Source: Candidatus Woesearchaeota archaeon
GTDB lineage: Archaea; Nanobdellota; Nanobdellia; Woesearchaeales; GW2011-AR4
Reading direction: 5' to 3'
NCBI GenBank assembly: GCA_016181305.1
Contig: JACOZN010000016.1
Coordinates: forward strand, 1-24,701
DNA: 24,701 nucleotides
Below the pieces are notes generated by a model that saw only the letters and a program-made list of their open reading frames with translations, searched no databases and had not been told where the DNA came from. A program made the translations under genes and the position numbers. Shown piece by piece: positions 24,701 to 24,701 of this stretch (position 1 is its first letter; every line of letters begins with the position of its first letter).

Positions 24701-24701
24701 A

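Noticed and set aside
22854-24701. Prophage or DGR target interpretation
   Set aside because: No capsid, terminase, integrase or reverse transcriptase in the window, and no near-identical TR/VR pair differing at adenines was seen. Sequence beyond the window edge cannot be assessed.

Overview
An archaeal chromosomal segment, most consistent with a DPANN archaeon, probably Woesearchaeota-like (inferred from gene content, not proven). Support: aIF5B, aEF-1beta, Trm1, class I CCA enzyme, RtcA, BRE/TATA promoters with mostly leaderless starts, GGTGA Shine-Dalgarno sites and a bacterial-type GyrA. Housekeeping genes alternate with small lipoproteins and surface proteins. Main points: (1) a ~250-bp intergenic element of six AAAA..TTTT hairpins with 3-nt loops, nested inverted repeats and an end that supplies the trm1 stop codon; (2) three adjacent uncharacterised genes sharing a gaplessly alignable 65-aa beta-strand plus coiled-coil domain, the first with an amphipathic N-terminus and a long acidic Pro-rich linker; (3) two AT-rich singleton genes of bacterial type, an MraZ homologue and an atypical receiver-domain protein; (4) gyrA split by a 2-nt TA insertion and with an unusual QRDR; (5) phage-tail-fibre-like surface proteins flanking a tandem-HTH regulator; (6) three separate indel lesions within ~9 kb, which could be biology or assembly error. 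Two small Zn-finger genes missing from the ORF track were recovered by manual translation. No tRNA, rRNA, CRISPR array or transposase was seen.
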